A DNA stretch of 64,000 nucleotides from Lepidodermella squamata (Eukaryota; Animalia; Gastrotricha): assembly GCA_047495785.1 (NCBI GenBank), contig JBLDXI010000007.1, forward strand, positions 2,976,001 through 3,040,000. Reading direction: 5' to 3'. Of the stretch, positions 62,139 through 64,000 are shown one piece after another (within the stretch, counting starts at the first letter, position 1; the number at the start of each line of letters is the position of its first letter). A program made the position numbers and the translations under genes. The notes beneath the pieces are model-generated. The model did not search any database. It was not told the origin of the DNA and saw only the letters and a program-made list of their open reading frames with translations.

Positions 62139-64000
62139 ATGTTGAAATTGGTCTTTGGCAACGACGCCGTACCAGGCTCAACCGGAATTCAGACCAAACT
62201 CCTATCGCTAAGAGCCCTAGAGGACATCTCAAAATTTGCGGAAGAGATTCGAACTCGCTGCCATGGTGGATTTGTTGCCTTTAAGGAGCATAAACTACAA
62301 AAATTACAGTGGAAAATGCAAGGCGATAAATTTCTCCGAGAAGAAAACTGGGACGAGGCGTTCAACTGCTTCATGAAAATTGCCGATAATTACTTCGATT
62401 TATCGCCCGAAATTTGCGAAAAACTCAGCAAAGCCGCCGTTGAAAGTTCCCGGCCGAAAATCGCCGCAAATTTCAGCACTTTCGGCTATTTACTCTACGG
62501 CATGTCCGACAATATTATGGAAATTTATCGAAAAGCGTCCGGCGAACTTGGCTACAAAGTTGTTGGCTACGACCCAGCTTTAGGTAATATGTACCGCGGA
62601 TTCAGCCCGATCGATTTCAAATACCACTGGATTCGACTTGAAGAAAATAATTTCGACGAAAATTGGGACGATGCGGCTAATTTAATTCGCCATTTATTCA
62701 TGTATGCAAATAACTCGGAACAGGGCGAATACTACGCTGGCCAGTGTTTCGAAGCTCTTGATTCGAATCCGAGTTTTAAACAATTTGTCTCGAATTTTTC
62801 AATTGAAAACATGACTTCGCCTCAATTTCGATTTTTAATCATGTTTTTAATCGTGGCGAAACATAAAAATTTCGCGATCGCTCTTCGAAAATTAGCGATG
62901 GATCAGTGGTTTTACGAATTTTTGCAGAAAATTACCGAATCTTTTGTGAGTGATTCTGGCTTTCGGAAATGTTTGCAATTCAACGACATTTTCACGGCGA
63001 ATTTGCCTTGTTTAAACATTTACGCGAACCTATTATGGCCGAAAATTGAAAACAGCGAATTTTGCGATCTTGCTTGGATTGTGAGATTCATCCTGCTGCA
63101 GGTCCTCTCGGAAAAACGGCCAAATATCGAAATTTTCCGGCCAATTTATGCCATTCTTGAGAAAATTAATGGCAAAAATCTGCCGAGTGAAAATTTGCTG
63201 GAAGAAACTGTTGAATTTATTCCGTTTATTACCACGATTTTTTCGACTATTTTCACGCCTGATTTTTTGGCTGAATTTCTGACTAGCGTTAACGTGATAT
63301 TTCAACAAGAAGAAATTCGGCGAAATTTCGCGAAGAGCTCAACTTTTTCCGTCATTTTAGCCGCGATTTTGAAGCCGGAAAATTGCGCTAAAATTTGCTC
63401 GATTTTGAGCTCGTTATCCGACGATGAAAATGGCTGGAAAATGATGACAAGCTCCCACAATTTTTCGAAGCGATTATTGGAAAGTGCTGAGAATATCGCA
63501 AATGACGACGAAGTATATCGCTTTGATGAGTTGAACTATTTAATCGCGAAACTTATCGTTAATCAAGGCCGCGATCGAATTGATTCGTATTTTTCCGGCC
63601 AACTTTTCGCGCGTGGGAATTCTTCGTTCGCAAAATCTGTTTTTAGTACGATTATTCCGAAAAACTTTGGAATTTGCTTGTTGCTGCTTAAATACGCGAA
63701 TGATGAAACGAAACGGCGTTGGCTCAAGTTGTGTTCTGAATGGGATTTTCCGCGTTTAGCCCTACTGGCCATACTTAAATTCCACGAAATAGCCCTCGGT
63801 TGCTTTTCGTCCATCTCGGCGCGTTGTGAAGCTGTTGAATGCCTCCTGCTGGTTCGTCTATTGATTCTAACCAATTCGAAAGTCGCTAGTGATATCCCAT
63901 TTTTGAAAATTGAATCGGTTTTTCACTTGGAAAAAGCTGGCCGCCAAACGGACCCTTTCGTCCCAGAACTGAGCCTTTCTCTTGCGATTTTGCTGGCCCT
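62139..64000 (+). CDS. Long uninterrupted ORF (>=620 codons, runs off the window); alpha-helical protein with an N-terminal TPR-like segment
   Basis: Manual translation from ATG 62139 (MLKLVFGNDAVPGSTG...) found no stop up to 64000; KLQWKMQGDKFLREENWDEAFNCFMK resembles a TPR repeat. Confidence 0.75.
   Translation, partial: MLKLVFGNDAVPGSTGIQTKLLSLRALEDISKFAEEIRTRCHGGFVAFKEHKLQKLQWKMQGDKFLREENWDEAFNCFMKIADNYFDLSPEICEKLSKAAVESSRPKIAANFSTFGYLLYGMSDNIMEIYRKASGELGYKVVGYDPALGNMYRGFSPIDFKYHWIRLEENNFDENWDDAANLIRHLFMYANNSEQGEYYAGQCFEALDSNPSFKQFVSNFSIENMTSPQFRFLIMFLIVAKHKNFAIALRKLAMDQWFYEFLQKITESFVSDSGFRKCLQFNDIFTANLPCLNIYANLLWPKIENSEFCDLAWIVRFILLQVLSEKRPNIEIFRPIYAILEKINGKNLPSENLLEETVEFIPFITTIFSTIFTPDFLAEFLTSVNVIFQQEEIRRNFAKSSTFSVILAAILKPENCAKICSILSSLSDDENGWKMMTSSHNFSKRLLESAENIANDDEVYRFDELNYLIAKLIVNQGRDRIDSYFSGQLFARGNSSFAKSVFSTIIPKNFGICLLLLKYANDETKRRWLKLCSEWDFPRLALLAILKFHEIALGCFSSISARCEAVECLLLVRLLILTNSKVASDIPFLKIESVFHLEKAGRQTDPFVPELSLSLAILLA

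Noticed and set aside
1-64000. Numerous short minus-strand and overlapping ORFs in the track
   Set aside because: They are antisense or alternate-frame shadows of the + strand exons, or lie in AT-rich repeats, with no recognisable motifs.

Overview
This is eukaryotic DNA, most likely from a compact-genome invertebrate metazoan: many 40-90 nt GT-AG introns, a (TTAGGG)n tract, and CUB/MAM/fibrinogen domains. The ORF track therefore shows exon fragments. There are three main components. (1) A + strand tandem array of 13 loci plus 2 fragments of a divergent two-exon gene family ending in a SOCS box (4.4-28.2 kb and 53.5-60.4 kb), including frameshifted, deleted and gene-converted copies. (2) A very large secreted multi-lectin gene (signal peptide-CUB x2-LamG/pentraxin-like x3-MAM-C-type lectin-MAM x4-PAN-EGF-like-fibrinogen C, 29318-51804). 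(3) Inside one ~15 kb intron of that gene, an unusual Helitron-like rolling-circle element. Its ~20-exon gene splices in frame, by my manual reading, into a ~2,900 aa protein: RanBP2/NZF zinc finger, OTU deubiquitinase, PPxY motif, Cys-rich regions, HUH Rep, PIF1-like helicase and a C-terminal SLX1-like GIY-YIG nuclease. The element also carries a tRNA-derived Pol III unit and four related GC-rich hairpins near its ends. Several MITEs (one nested piggyBac-type), a LINE-like tail and a >=620-codon ORF missing from the track (62139 to window end) complete the window. All exon models and domain calls come from manual motif reading, not from database searches.
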